Shown: positions 26,041 through 36,602 of the stretch, in pieces
Position numbering within the stretch: the stretch's first letter is position 1
How the letters are laid out: each line of letters begins with the position of its first letter
Source: Candidatus Margulisiibacteriota bacterium
GTDB lineage: Bacteria > Margulisbacteria > Marinamargulisbacteria > JBFWNS01
DNA: 64,000 nt
Reading direction: 5' to 3'
Assembly: GCA_050250935.1 (NCBI GenBank)
Contig: JBFWNS010000002.1
Coordinates: 134,433 to 198,432 of the forward strand
The notes under the pieces: model-generated
Databases searched by the model: none
What the model saw: the letters and a program-made list of their open reading frames with translations, nothing else
Told to the model about the DNA's origin: nothing
Position numbers and translations under genes: made by a program

Positions 26041-26183
26041 AGGGAGGGGCATGATAGTGGACAGACACAAGGCTAGTCCAGAGCTAGCCTTATTGCCTTA
26101 CTTAAGAGACGTCATGGTTTTAATGAAATAAATCGTGCCTCAAAATCGATAACTGTAAAAGTAGGATTAAAGCCAGAGATTAT

Positions 26184-27632
26184 ATGCCCAATTACAAATT
26201 TATTTCTATCCTAGTACAACTACCAGAAACACCAAAAGAACGTGTTTTTGAAACAACCATTCCCCAAAACCTTAATTTACACAGGGGTTTAAAGCCGTTT
26301 ATTAAAGCCCTAACTCAAACCGCTGCACAAAACACGCTAGATTGTTTAAGGGGCGCCACTTCCCCTGCCCACCACGACACCGTCTGCCAGGCTCTAGAAA
26401 GAAGTCAGTCTGCTCATCTTCATGACTTTGAAGCCAAGCTAAAACAACCCGAAGTACTTTTTGCCCATTCAAAGTCTTTAAGGGGATTAACACGGCACGG
26501 CACTCATCTTGAAGGCAGTAACAGCATTTTTATGCTGATTGCCCGTGGACAACAACTCTTCTTACATGCCCAAAGGGCACCGTCTTCAAGCTTAAACAGA
26601 TCGTGTCAACGGTTAGCCGACGCCTTGATAGAAGCCGCACTTTGGACCCTTCAAATAGCCTTCACAAAAGCCGTTTTTACAAATGTGCCAGAAATTTTTC
26701 CACCTGATACAGAAAAAACCGTACTTGGGACACTTCTTAAGGCAAGATTCGAAAGTGCAAAGGCCAGCTGCCAAACCCCCATTCTTATTCCAATAAGTAA
26801 TGACACACACCAAATTTACTTTGGGGTAAAAATCAGTGATGCCAACGAAATAGAGGTTACTTATTATGAACTTGCCGGCAAAAAATATCCGCCAGACACC
26901 CCTGATGCCGCTACCTTAAAAGGCTCAAAAACAAAATTACAACGCTTGATTTTTCACCCTCAAAGCCCCGAATGGGCGATCTTTTTAAGGCAGGCAACAC
27001 TACTTATCGCACAAGCGTCTAGCTCTTTTGATGCATTTCAAACCTATCTTGATACCTTACCCCCTTCAAACCAAAGCTTAACCAACCGTACTTTTAATGT
27101 TCAAACCGTCGGAAATTGCGCATTTAAAGGTCTCTCGGCAGTCATTCATGAGGCCCTTGGTGACGGGTATAAAGGCTTTCGAAAAGCCGAACACGATCAC
27201 TACCAAAATCAACTATCCCGATCGCAAAAGCGTTATTATGGCAGAGAAAAATTTACGGTCCGTACTCAATTTCTTATTTTTGCAGGCCTAGGTGTTCCTT
27301 GCGACATATTGGAAAGTCAATATCATCGGCGCATTTCACCAGAAAGTGCACAACGCTTGGTTAGACTTCGCCACCCAAAATGGAAAGACAGGATGGCCGC
27401 CTACTTAACCCGTTATTGTAAAAGCTTACTCGATGGCTCCGGCCAAAATTATCCTACATATTTAAACCTGTTAGGGCTTCAAAATCTCGAAAAACTTACC
27501 TCTAAAACGATCAATCGTCATGTAAGGGAAGCACAGAATGCCTTTATTATTTTAAAACTCGCCCCTATTCCATTGCGGATTTTATATACAAACCCAGATG
27601 AAGCGATAAAGTACTATGAGTGTGATGATTAG
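26184..27632 (+). CDS. Orphan hypothetical protein, candidate cysteine protease (His...Glu...QxxGNC)
   Basis: 482-aa ORF, visibly AT-rich; THQIYFGV, YYELAG and VQTVGNCAFK motifs. Confidence 0.7.
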   Translation: MPNYKFISILVQLPETPKERVFETTIPQNLNLHRGLKPFIKALTQTAAQNTLDCLRGATSPAHHDTVCQALERSQSAHLHDFEAKLKQPEVLFAHSKSLRGLTRHGTHLEGSNSIFMLIARGQQLFLHAQRAPSSSLNRSCQRLADALIEAALWTLQIAFTKAVFTNVPEIFPPDTEKTVLGTLLKARFESAKASCQTPILIPISNDTHQIYFGVKISDANEIEVTYYELAGKKYPPDTPDAATLKGSKTKLQRLIFHPQSPEWAIFLRQATLLIAQASSSFDAFQTYLDTLPPSNQSLTNRTFNVQTVGNCAFKGLSAVIHEALGDGYKGFRKAEHDHYQNQLSRSQKRYYGREKFTVRTQFLIFAGLGVPCDILESQYHRRISPESAQRLVRLRHPKWKDRMAAYLTRYCKSLLDGSGQNYPTYLNLLGLQNLEKLTSKTINRHVREAQNAFIILKLAPIPLRILYTNPDEAIKYYECDD

Positions 27633-27653
27633 CCAGCTGTTTTATTGCCAACA

Positions 27654-27682
27654 TTGCCAAAATGTTAAAAAAAACGTAAGCT
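27654..27682 (+). promoter_or_regulatory. Sigma-70-type promoter of sucCD
   Basis: TTGCCA-N17-TAAGCT, ending 9 nt before the ATG. Confidence 0.6.
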
Positions 27683-27691
27683 ATCCACCCT

Positions 27692-28873
27692 ATGAAAATC
27701 CATGAATACCAAGCCAAAGTGCTTCTCAAATCGTTCGGTGTTCCGATCCAAGACGGCCATGTCGTCGAAAATCAGTCCGATATCGCAGCCACACTCGACA
27801 AGGTGTACGCTGACTTCAACACGAATCAAGTTGTCATCAAAGCTCAAATCCACGCAGGGGGCCGCGGCAAAGGCGGCGGGGTAAAATTCTCGCCAACCAA
27901 AGAAAAAGCCCTTGAAAATGCCAACAACATTCTTGGCATGACCCTGATTACCCACCAAACCAGCCCACAAGGTCAGTTGGTGCGCAAAATCATGATTGCC
28001 GAAGCCATTGATATTGCCAAAGAATATTATGTGGCCATCACCCTGGACCGCGCCAAAGGCCAAAACGTCTTTATGGTGTCAACCGAAGGCGGCATGGAAA
28101 TCGAAGAAGTGGCTGCAACGCATCCCGAAAAAATCATCAAAGAGTGGATTGATCCTGGATTTGGGTTGTTGGCTTTCCAAGCCCGCAAATTGGCCTATGG
28201 CCTGGGCCTTGAAGGTGACATTTTCAAACAAGCCGTAACGCTGTTCCAAAATCTGTACAATTGCTACGTCAAATTGGATGCTTCGATTGTGGAAGTGAAT
28301 CCCTTGGTGGTCACCGATCAAGGTAAATTGTTGGCCCTGGATGGCAAGTTCAACTTCGATTCCAATGCCCTGTACCGCCACAAAGACATTGTGGCCATGC
28401 GCGATGTTCACGAAGAAGACCCTACCGAAGTAGAAGCAGGCAACTTTAACCTGAACTATATTAAGCTCGACGGAAACGTGGGCTGTATGGTTAACGGCGC
28501 TGGTTTGGCCATGGCGACGATGGACATCATCAAGCTTAAAGGCGGCGAACCTGCGAACTTCTTGGACGTGGGTGGTGGTGCCAACGTCGAAACCGTCAAA
28601 AACGGGTTTCGTATTATTTTGTCCGACCCCAATGTTAAAGCCGTTTTGATTAACATTTTTGGCGGTATCGTTCGCTGCGACCGCGTGGCCAATGGGATTA
28701 TTCAAGCCGTTAGCGAGCTTGGTTTAACCGTGCCTGTGGTGGTTCGTTTGGAAGGTACCAATGCCGACTTGGCCAAAGAACTCTTAAGCAATTCCGGTGT
28801 CAGCATCATTGCTGCCGGCAGTTTATCCGATGCAGCCGAAAAAGTGGTTGCCGCTGCAACGGGAGGAAAATAA
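27692..28873 (+). CDS. sucC: Succinyl-CoA ligase beta subunit
   Basis: [33 protein letters not shown] and [10 protein letters not shown] motifs. Confidence 0.98.
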   Translation: MKIHEYQAKVLLKSFGVPIQDGHVVENQSDIAATLDKVYADFNTNQVVIKAQIHAGGRGKGGGVKFSPTKEKALENANNILGMTLITHQTSPQGQLVRKIMIAEAIDIAKEYYVAITLDRAKGQNVFMVSTEGGMEIEEVAATHPEKIIKEWIDPGFGLLAFQARKLAYGLGLEGDIFKQAVTLFQNLYNCYVKLDASIVEVNPLVVTDQGKLLALDGKFNFDSNALYRHKDIVAMRDVHEEDPTEVEAGNFNLNYIKLDGNVGCMVNGAGLAMATMDIIKLKGGEPANFLDVGGGANVETVKNGFRIILSDPNVKAVLINIFGGIVRCDRVANGIIQAVSELGLTVPVVVRLEGTNADLAKELLSNSGVSIIAAGSLSDAAEKVVAAATGGK

Positions 28874-29751
28874 TGTCTATTCTGATTGATAAAAAGTCTA
28901 AAATTATTGTTCAAGGAATTACCGGATCTGAAGGGTCCTTTCACGCCAGCCAATGTTTGGAATACGGCGGAAACGTCGTAGGCGGGGTTACCCCAGGTAA
29001 AGGTGGCCAAACCGCTTTGGAAGGCAAAGTGCCTGTTTTTAATTCTTGTGTGGAAGCCCGTGCAAAAGTGGGTGCCAATGTCAGCTTAATCTTTGTTCCC
29101 CCAGCCTTCGCTGCCGATGCCATTATGGAAGCGGCCGATGCGGGTATTGAACTGATTGTGTGTATCACCGAAGGGATTCCCGTCGACGACATGGTAAATG
29201 TGTATGCCTACCTCAAAAACAAAAACTCTCGGTTAATTGGCCCCAACTGTCCAGGTCTTTTGACCCCAGACGAAGCCAAAGTGGGCATTATGCCTGGCTT
29301 TATCGCGAAAAAAGGCACCATCGGGGTTATCTCAAAATCAGGCACCCTAACCTATGAAGCGGTTCACCAATTGGTGGCTGTTGGTTTGGGGCAATCCACC
29401 TGCGTGGGCATTGGTGGCGACCCCATCATTGGTACCAAAATGATCGACCTGTTGGATCTGTTCCAAAACGATCCTGAAACCGAAGCCATCGTCATGATCG
29501 GCGAAATCGGTGGGTCTATGGAAATTGAAGCCGCTCATCACATTAAAACCAATATCACCAAACCGGTTGTTGGGTTTATCGCGGGTCAAACCGCACCTCC
29601 TGGACGCCGCATGGGTCACGCCGGGGCCATTGTATCGGGTGCCGATGAATCCGCCGCTGCCAAAAAGAAAATCATGGCCAGTTGTGGTATTCATGTGGTG
29701 GACTCCCCTGCCGATATCGGCGTTACAGTTAAAAAAGCCCTGGGTCGCTAG
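28873..29751 (+). CDS. sucD: Succinyl-CoA ligase alpha subunit
   Basis: VQGITG, IGPNCPG, SGTLTYE and RMGHAGA motifs. Confidence 0.98.
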   Translation: MSILIDKKSKIIVQGITGSEGSFHASQCLEYGGNVVGGVTPGKGGQTALEGKVPVFNSCVEARAKVGANVSLIFVPPAFAADAIMEAADAGIELIVCITEGIPVDDMVNVYAYLKNKNSRLIGPNCPGLLTPDEAKVGIMPGFIAKKGTIGVISKSGTLTYEAVHQLVAVGLGQSTCVGIGGDPIIGTKMIDLLDLFQNDPETEAIVMIGEIGGSMEIEAAHHIKTNITKPVVGFIAGQTAPPGRRMGHAGAIVSGADESAAAKKKIMASCGIHVVDSPADIGVTVKKALGR

Positions 29752-29804
29752 ATATTCAATTTCTGACTGACATTTTTCGCGAAACGCGTCTACTTTGCTG
29801 GACG

Positions 29805-30692
29805 TTGTTTCGCATCATGTTTCCAATATCTTTGGGGGTCTACCTTCTGAAAACATCAGGATGGCTAGACCCCCTTTCTGTTTTTTTAGAGCCCCTAATG
29901 CGTTTGGTTGGGCTACCCGGATCAATGGCCATTGTGTGGTTTTCCACCATTTTGACCGGTCTTTATGGGGGAATTATCAGCTTAGCTTCCGTTGGGACAC
30001 CCCTATCCCAAGCTCAGGTAACGGTTCTAGGGATCTTAATGCTGATGGCCCATTCTTTACCCGTTGAAGTTCGCCTCACACAAATGGCGGGGCTTTCAGC
30101 TTTGTATATGCTGTTACTGCGATTTTTAGGAGCTTTGCTTTTTGGGGGCATTCTTCACCTTTTATTGAGCTATACCGGCTGGCTGTCTGGCCCAGCTTAT
30201 TCGTTTTGGCACGGCGAGCCCGTCGCCTCATGGTCGGCCTGGCTTACCCAAGAGTTATGGACCTACCTTAAAATTTTTGGGGTCATTTTTGGGCTGCTGG
30301 CTTTTATTAAATTTTTACATCGGTTTCATTTGGACACCCTGTTTAACACATTATTAGCCCCTGTTTTAAAACCCCTTAACCTTAGCCCTGCCATCAGTCC
30401 TGCCATGACGGTGGGACTATTATTGGGGTTAAGCTATGGGGGTGGTCTCATTTTGAAAGACGCTCAATCAGGACAATTATCCAGGCGCGATATTCTGGTG
30501 GGGCTATCCTTTATCGCGCTTTGCCACTGTTTAATTGAAGATACCTTGTTAACCCTATCCATCGGCGGCCATATTGGGGCTTTGCTTTGGGGACGGATTA
30601 TCTTTTCTTACATGGTTGTCTGGACCCTATCCAAAACGCTAAACTATATCCCTCATGAAAAAAGTCTTCGTAGCCGCTACGCGTCAGAATGA
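29805..30692 (+). CDS. Membrane protein with nucleoside-recognition (Gate) domains
   Basis: Multiple TM segments; PLMRLVGLPG, AHSLPVE, GLSYGGGLI and CHCLIEDT. The start may lie upstream (ATT 29754). Confidence 0.75.
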   Translation: MFRIMFPISLGVYLLKTSGWLDPLSVFLEPLMRLVGLPGSMAIVWFSTILTGLYGGIISLASVGTPLSQAQVTVLGILMLMAHSLPVEVRLTQMAGLSALYMLLLRFLGALLFGGILHLLLSYTGWLSGPAYSFWHGEPVASWSAWLTQELWTYLKIFGVIFGLLAFIKFLHRFHLDTLFNTLLAPVLKPLNLSPAISPAMTVGLLLGLSYGGGLILKDAQSGQLSRRDILVGLSFIALCHCLIEDTLLTLSIGGHIGALLWGRIIFSYMVVWTLSKTLNYIPHEKSLRSRYASE

Positions 30693-31743
30693 CGGTAAAA
30701 CCTTAACCTCGGTCGGGCTTTTCCATGCCTTGTCCCAACGCTTTGCCAAAACCGCCTATATGAAGCCCGTGGGCCAGCAATATTTGGTCATCGACGGCAA
30801 AAAAATCGATAAAGATGTGGTCCTATTCCAAAAAATTTATGGACTCACCCACCCTTTGGCCGACATGAGCCCGATTGCCGTTCCAAAAGGGTTTACCGAA
30901 AATTATATCCTGAACCCAAACCGCGAGCATTTGGTTCAAAAAATTAAAACGGGTTACCAGAATTTGGCCGAACACCATGACTGTCTTTTGATTGAAGGCA
31001 CAGGCCATGCAGGGGTTGGATCTGTGTTTGATTTGTCCAACGCCGATGTGGCCGAACTATTGGGAGCTAAAGTGATTTTGGTGTCTTTGGGTGGCCTTGG
31101 CAAAAGCATTGATGAAATTTTACTAAACAAAGCCCTGTTTGATTTAAAAGGCATCGAATTGGTTGGGGTGATTGTGAACAAAATTCATCCTGAAAAATAC
31201 GATAAAATTGTCCCCTTGGTCCGCCAAGGGTTGGAACGTCATGGCATTCGGTTGCTGGGTGCATTACCCATGGTGAATATGTTGTCGAAGCCCTCGGTTG
31301 CCGAATTGTGCGAAGACCTGAATGCCACCTTACTTTGCGGTGAAGTCGGCCTGAACAACCCCATCAAACGGTTTGTAATTGGCGACATGCTGCCCCACGA
31401 TGCCTTGGATACCTTTAGCCCCAACACCATCCTGATTGTCCCGGCCAACAGCGAGGGCCTGATTATGACGGCCCTGTACGGTAATTTATTGGAAAGCGAT
31501 AGTTCCTCTTTTGTATCGGCCATTATTTTTACGGGGAAAGCCGATCCCCACGAGAAAATTTTGTCGGTCATTCGCCATTCCAAAATCCCCGTCATGCAAG
31601 TACGGGACGATTCTTTTACGGTGGCCACCAAAATCAACAACATGATTGTTAAATTGCGGGCCGAAGAAACCGAAAAAATCAAAACAGCCCAAGCGCTGAT
31701 CGAACAATACGTGGATATTGAAACCGTCTACAACCATCTTTAG
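30655..31743 (+). CDS. BioD-like/DRTGG protein (phosphotransacetylase N-terminal-like, AAA_26 family)
   Basis: ATRQNDGKT P-loop, YMKPVG and LIEGTGHAGVGS; DRTGG-like C-terminal half; no Pta catalytic domain. Confidence 0.85.
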   Translation: MKKVFVAATRQNDGKTLTSVGLFHALSQRFAKTAYMKPVGQQYLVIDGKKIDKDVVLFQKIYGLTHPLADMSPIAVPKGFTENYILNPNREHLVQKIKTGYQNLAEHHDCLLIEGTGHAGVGSVFDLSNADVAELLGAKVILVSLGGLGKSIDEILLNKALFDLKGIELVGVIVNKIHPEKYDKIVPLVRQGLERHGIRLLGALPMVNMLSKPSVAELCEDLNATLLCGEVGLNNPIKRFVIGDMLPHDALDTFSPNTILIVPANSEGLIMTALYGNLLESDSSSFVSAIIFTGKADPHEKILSVIRHSKIPVMQVRDDSFTVATKINNMIVKLRAEETEKIKTAQALIEQYVDIETVYNHL

Positions 31744-31751
31744 GAGACCCC

Positions 31752-32756
31752 ATGTCCAGCGATTTAAAACAACTGTTTAAACCCATTACCGCCGATATGG
31801 ACGCGGTTTCTGTTCTAATTAATCAATCGGTGCGTCAGGCTTCGACATCGCCAGCGGTTCGGCAAGTCTTGGACGATATTTTAGAAGTCCCTGGTAAACG
31901 GCTTCGCCCTGCATTGGCTTTGTTTGCTTATTATTCCCTGCGAAAAAACAACAAAAACGACCGCAATAGCATTCGTCTGGCCGCCGCCATCGAACTGATT
32001 CACATGGCCTCGCTGATTCACGACGACATGATTGACCACGCCGAAACCCGCCACAACAAACCAGCCGTTCATGCCCGGTGGGGCCAAGATATTGCCATTC
32101 CGGCTGGGGTTTTTCTGTATTCGATTGCCCTGTCGTTAATCAGCGAAATTCAAAATCAAGGGGTGTTGCGGTGTATCAGCCACACAGTTAAGCAGTTGTG
32201 CGAAGGCGAGATTCGCCAGGTGTTTAAACGAAACGGCGATCTGATTTCGATTCCCCATTATTTGCTGGTTTTAAAAAAGAAAACGGGGGTCTTGTTTTCG
32301 GCTGCCAGCACTTGTGGGGCCTATCTGGCTTTGGACACCCCCGTAAGAACCGAATCGGTTCTAGCTCTAAAACAGTTCGGCAAAAACCTGGGTGTTGTGT
32401 TCCAGATTGCCGATGATTATTTGGATGTAAAAGGCAACAGCGAAGCCCTGGGCAAAAAAGCCGGACAGGACTTTTTGGAAGGCGATGTAACCCTACCCTT
32501 GTTGTATTTAATCGACAACACCCCAGAGCCACAAAAAACGGCGCTTTTGGCGCACATGCAAGCCCGAACCTTGGACGGGTTTTCGGTGGTTCAACGCGCC
32601 CTTTTGGACTGCAAACCGGCCAAAGACAACACCAAGACCATGGCCTTTCATTTTCTAGAAAAAGCCAAAACCGAACTGGGACAGCTGCCCAAATCGGTTT
32701 TCAAAACGGCCTTGGAGCAGCTGACGGCTGTGATTCAAAAACGGGGTTTCGACTAG
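31752..32756 (+). CDS. Polyprenyl diphosphate synthase
   Basis: GKRLRP, LIHDDMID, KKKTG, FQIADDYLD and GK..GQD motifs. Confidence 0.95.
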   Translation: MSSDLKQLFKPITADMDAVSVLINQSVRQASTSPAVRQVLDDILEVPGKRLRPALALFAYYSLRKNNKNDRNSIRLAAAIELIHMASLIHDDMIDHAETRHNKPAVHARWGQDIAIPAGVFLYSIALSLISEIQNQGVLRCISHTVKQLCEGEIRQVFKRNGDLISIPHYLLVLKKKTGVLFSAASTCGAYLALDTPVRTESVLALKQFGKNLGVVFQIADDYLDVKGNSEALGKKAGQDFLEGDVTLPLLYLIDNTPEPQKTALLAHMQARTLDGFSVVQRALLDCKPAKDNTKTMAFHFLEKAKTELGQLPKSVFKTALEQLTAVIQKRGFD

Positions 32757-34810
32757 ACCGCCACCAACGGCGGCGTGGCGGCAACCCACTGGCGCAATTG
32801 CGACACAAAGGTTTCGTCTAGTGTTTTGACCAAGGCCAAACTGAACTCTCGAATGATGTCGTCGGCATCCTCGCATCCCAAAGACAGGCGAATTCCAAAC
32901 TCGGCTATGCCATCCCTACGTCTTTCGTCGGGGCTCATTCCAGAATGGACTTGCTTACTGGAAATTTCGAACAAGGTATAGGGTTTTCCCAGGCTAACCG
33001 CCAGTCTTATAAACGATTGTTGGGCCAGGGTATTCACAAAATCCACCACCTGTTCGTCGGTAAACAACTCTGGGTTTAATTCAAAAAACAAGACGGTTCC
33101 AAAATGCCCCTGTTTAAGTTGCGCTTCGGCCAAAGTTCTGGCAGTGCCAACGCCTGGAAAATTAATTTGGCTAAACAAGCGATGGCCTCGAATTTCAAAC
33201 TGGTTTAAGGCCACTAAAAACTCAGCAAAACGATTGGCGTTTTGGTGTTGAATCTCCACATGGGTATCGTATTTTGAAAGGCTTTCCTCGAACACTAGCT
33301 CTGCAGTGGATATGGCCATTTCGACCCCTTCAGCTTTGATTTTTTTCTCGATGGCCAAGGCATGACCTCTGTCGTTGACTGTAAGACAGCCCCAGGTATC
33401 GCCTGTGACCCCCATGTCTTTGTGTTTGGTGGCGCTATACACCACCTGCACCATCTGACGATATGCTCTGTACGCTGAAGGACTCTCACCGAAAGCCTTT
33501 TGGAGCAACGCATTCATGTTTAAAGAATGATCGGTCAAAAAGGTGTTGTCGATGATGACGCGCTCTACCCCGGCATCTTTGGCCGCTCGTAAAATCGCAA
33601 TTATATCCACCATTTCGCAGGTGGGATTGGCCACGGGTTCGAAAAACACCACCTTGGGCTTTTCGCGTTGAATGGCCGCAATAAATGCATCTGTGGCACT
33701 GAATCGGTGGGAAACGGTTTGAATGCCCAAGGTCGGGTATTTTTCGTCAAACAGTTTTACGGTACAGCCATAAACCGGGGTCAGGTAAAGCAGTTTCCCC
33801 CCCTGTGGTAGGGCCGATCGAATGGCCACATCGATGGCTGCCATTCCCGATGTGGTGACAAACGCAGCATCTGCAGACTCTGTTCTTGCAATGTGCAGAG
33901 CCAGCGCTTTGCGGAGGTCTACCTGGATTTGAGGCATTTTTTCGAGATCGAGCTGCTCGCCAATATATGTCAGATCAACCGTATCTACACCTTTGGCAAC
34001 AACTCCAGACATGTTTTTTCCAAAATCTTTTAAACAGCAGAGCATGGGGGTGTACTCGCCTTTTCGAATTCCGATCCATCCCCAGGTATTTCCCGGTTGG
34101 TACCCCGGCTGGTGTTCTGCAACGGTGCTTAAAACAGGACGAATGTTTGCCTTGCTGGATTCTGGTATTTCCCTAAAAAGACGCGGTGGATAATTGGCTA
34201 AAATTAGCTCATGGGATACTGGTTCAGTTTGGGTTTGAAGCTGGCGAAGAGCGGCTTCAATTTTGGGTCTATCTTCGATTTTTTCATAATCCAAAACCTC
34301 GATGGTTTGTACCCCATGGGTTTTGGCAAAAAGTTCGGCCAATGTTAGAGCGGCTTGGCCAGAAGACACCACAAATCCCCCTGCCCTGCCCAGCCCGTAT
34401 GCGAGATTCATTTGTTCTGCAAGTCTGGCTGTGTCTGGTGTTCCCAATCGGTTGTACAGGTACAGCGCCCCAGCCGGAAACTCGCTATTATCGTCTGGAA
34501 CTTTTCCCAAACTGGCAAAGGCCTCGGCAGCATTGGCCAGGGTTGGATATTCGGCGCTTACAGATCCATCGGGCTTACAAAATCGTGCCTGCATCCCATC
34601 GGGCCAATCCCTTTTAGTTGTGCCAATCCAAGAAGACTCCCGATGGGGATGTTGACGCTTTGTGCCTTCTTGAAGGGGTTGTTGTTGAAGCGCCCCAAAA
34701 GCTTCTCGTCGATCGGATAGCATTCCGACTTTGAACGCTTCATTCACCAAGGACAAACACGCTTCGTAAGTACCCCCAGGAGTTGAAACAGCCAGAATCT
34801 TGTACGGCAT
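32753..34810 (-). CDS. Extended Cys/Met-metabolism PLP-dependent lyase-like protein (685 aa)
   Basis: TSGMAAI, VYGCT, FFEPVANP, IIDNTF, YSATKH (PLP lysine), LAVSLG and IRLSLGCED motifs, plus about 300 extra N-terminal residues. Confidence 0.8.
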   Translation of the reverse strand: MPYKILAVSTPGGTYEACLSLVNEAFKVGMLSDRREAFGALQQQPLQEGTKRQHPHRESSWIGTTKRDWPDGMQARFCKPDGSVSAEYPTLANAAEAFASLGKVPDDNSEFPAGALYLYNRLGTPDTARLAEQMNLAYGLGRAGGFVVSSGQAALTLAELFAKTHGVQTIEVLDYEKIEDRPKIEAALRQLQTQTEPVSHELILANYPPRLFREIPESSKANIRPVLSTVAEHQPGYQPGNTWGWIGIRKGEYTPMLCCLKDFGKNMSGVVAKGVDTVDLTYIGEQLDLEKMPQIQVDLRKALALHIARTESADAAFVTTSGMAAIDVAIRSALPQGGKLLYLTPVYGCTVKLFDEKYPTLGIQTVSHRFSATDAFIAAIQREKPKVVFFEPVANPTCEMVDIIAILRAAKDAGVERVIIDNTFLTDHSLNMNALLQKAFGESPSAYRAYRQMVQVVYSATKHKDMGVTGDTWGCLTVNDRGHALAIEKKIKAEGVEMAISTAELVFEESLSKYDTHVEIQHQNANRFAEFLVALNQFEIRGHRLFSQINFPGVGTARTLAEAQLKQGHFGTVLFFELNPELFTDEQVVDFVNTLAQQSFIRLAVSLGKPYTLFEISSKQVHSGMSPDERRRDGIAEFGIRLSLGCEDADDIIREFSLALVKTLDETFVSQLRQWVAATPPLVAV

Positions 34811-34930
34811 GGTGATGACCCTTTGTTGAGCTTGCTATTGGGAATGGGAAGTTCCAAAAAGCCTACTAAACAAAAAGCATCGACGTCAATTTGTTAGTTA
34901 TTTTAAAAAAATTCCATACACCACTTTTGG

Positions 34931-35983
34931 CTAGAGCGAGGTTTCTCGCTTGGAAATGCTGGCGCTCACCAGATCCAACAACGCTGGATCTTCCAAAATT
35001 TGTCCCGTTCCGATGGCCACACAAGATAACGGATCTTCGGCCATGCGAATGGGAATGTTGGTTTCTTCGGTGATTAGACGTCCCAATCCTTGCAAAAAAG
35101 AGCCGCCACCCGTCATCAAGATGCCCCGTTCCATGATGTCCGAAGACAGCTCTGGAGGTGTTTTTTCTAGGGTGATTCTGACGGTGTCGATGATGGCCGA
35201 CACACATTCGGACAAGGCGTCTCGGATTTCCATGGACGAAACTGTAAAGGTTCTGGGCAAGCCGGTTAGCAAATCCCGGCCTCGAATTTCCATGGTTTGC
35301 TCTTCTTTGAGGGGATAGGCAGAGCCAATTTCCATTTTAACTTGCTCGGCCATGCGTTCGCCGATCAACAGGTTATAGTTTTTGCGGCAATGCGAAATAA
35401 TGGCATCGTCAAACTCGTTACCGGCGATGCGGATGGATTTACACACCACAATACCGCCCAACGAAATCACGGCCACCTCGGTGGTTCCACCGCCAATGTC
35501 GATAATCATATTGCCTTGGGCTTCGGCAACAGCAATGCCTGCCCCAACGGCTGCGGCCATGGGCTCTTCGATGAGCAGGGTTTCTTTGGCACCCGCTTGC
35601 AAGGCTGCATCCAAAACAGCACGTTTTTCCACTTCGGTGATGCCCCAAGGCACCCCAACCAAGACCCGCGGCTTAATGAATCCGTTGTTGGAGTTGGCTT
35701 TTTGCACAAAGGCGCGGATCATTTTTTCGGTGATATCAAAATCGGCGATGACCCCATCTTTCATGGGTCGAACGGCAATGATGTCGCCTGGGGTTCGGCC
35801 AACCATCAAATAGGCTTCACTGCCAATGGCCATAACCCGTTTGCTACCCTTTTCGATGGCCACAACCGAAGGCTCCCGAACCACGATGCCCTCGCCACGC
35901 ACATAAACAACGGTATTGGCGGTTCCCAAATCGATGCCAATATCCCGAGAAAACCGATTCATCACCGCATCAAAAAAACCCAT
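34931..35983 (-). CDS. mreB: Rod shape-determining protein MreB
   Basis: [29 protein letters not shown] and [10 protein letters not shown] motifs. Confidence 0.98.
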   Translation of the reverse strand: MGFFDAVMNRFSRDIGIDLGTANTVVYVRGEGIVVREPSVVAIEKGSKRVMAIGSEAYLMVGRTPGDIIAVRPMKDGVIADFDITEKMIRAFVQKANSNNGFIKPRVLVGVPWGITEVEKRAVLDAALQAGAKETLLIEEPMAAAVGAGIAVAEAQGNMIIDIGGGTTEVAVISLGGIVVCKSIRIAGNEFDDAIISHCRKNYNLLIGERMAEQVKMEIGSAYPLKEEQTMEIRGRDLLTGLPRTFTVSSMEIRDALSECVSAIIDTVRITLEKTPPELSSDIMERGILMTGGGSFLQGLGRLITEETNIPIRMAEDPLSCVAIGTGQILEDPALLDLVSASISKRETSL

Positions 35984-36023
35984 TCCGATTAACCTCTGGC
36001 ATTTCTGTAAAATAAGATCAAAA

Positions 36024-36599
36024 TTAGCGGACCATGATACCACGCTTTTTTAAGATCGGGTATAAGGTCTTCGTCGGCAAGCCAATGACCGTATCCAGGC
36101 TTCCCGAGACCCTGGCCACAAAGCGATTCCCCACCTCTTGCAGGCCATAGCTGCCAGCTTTGTCCAGAGGGTTAAAAGTCGTGCAATACCAATCGATATC
36201 GGTCGGTGAAAGCATTTTAAAGGTTACCGTTGTGGTTTCGGTTCTAGAGACGCTTTTACCCGATGTGGTGTCCAACAGACAAAATGCAGAGATCACCCGA
36301 TGGGTTTCTCCCGATAAACTGGCCAACATCGCTTTGGCATCGTCCATGGTTTCGGGTTTTCCCAAAATACGTTTGCCCAGTACCACAACGGTGTCGACCC
36401 CCAACACAAGGCCTTGATAGTCGGCTTTAGAGGCCCAGGCTTTCTGCTTGGCCAGTCGGCGTAAATCGGCCCGAATATCGGCAGAAACCTTGGGCAACGC
36501 TTCTTCCAACAGCAGGTTTGGAATTTGTTCGAAAGCGATTCCGGCCTGGCGGAGCAGATCCACCCGGCGCGGAGAAGCCGAAGCCAAAAACAAAGTCAT
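36024..36599 (-). CDS. maf: Maf family nucleotide pyrophosphatase
   Basis: [12 protein letters not shown]...ILGKP and DKAGSYG motifs. Confidence 0.95.
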   Translation of the reverse strand: MTLFLASASPRRVDLLRQAGIAFEQIPNLLLEEALPKVSADIRADLRRLAKQKAWASKADYQGLVLGVDTVVVLGKRILGKPETMDDAKAMLASLSGETHRVISAFCLLDTTSGKSVSRTETTTVTFKMLSPTDIDWYCTTFNPLDKAGSYGLQEVGNRFVARVSGSLDTVIGLPTKTLYPILKKRGIMVR

Positions 36600-36602
36600 G
36601 GG

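Noticed and set aside
26069..26091. AAGGCTAG-N7-CTAGCCTT inverted repeat
   Set aside because: Lies between divergent genes with no U-tract; might be an operator, but there is no second copy or regulator to support it.
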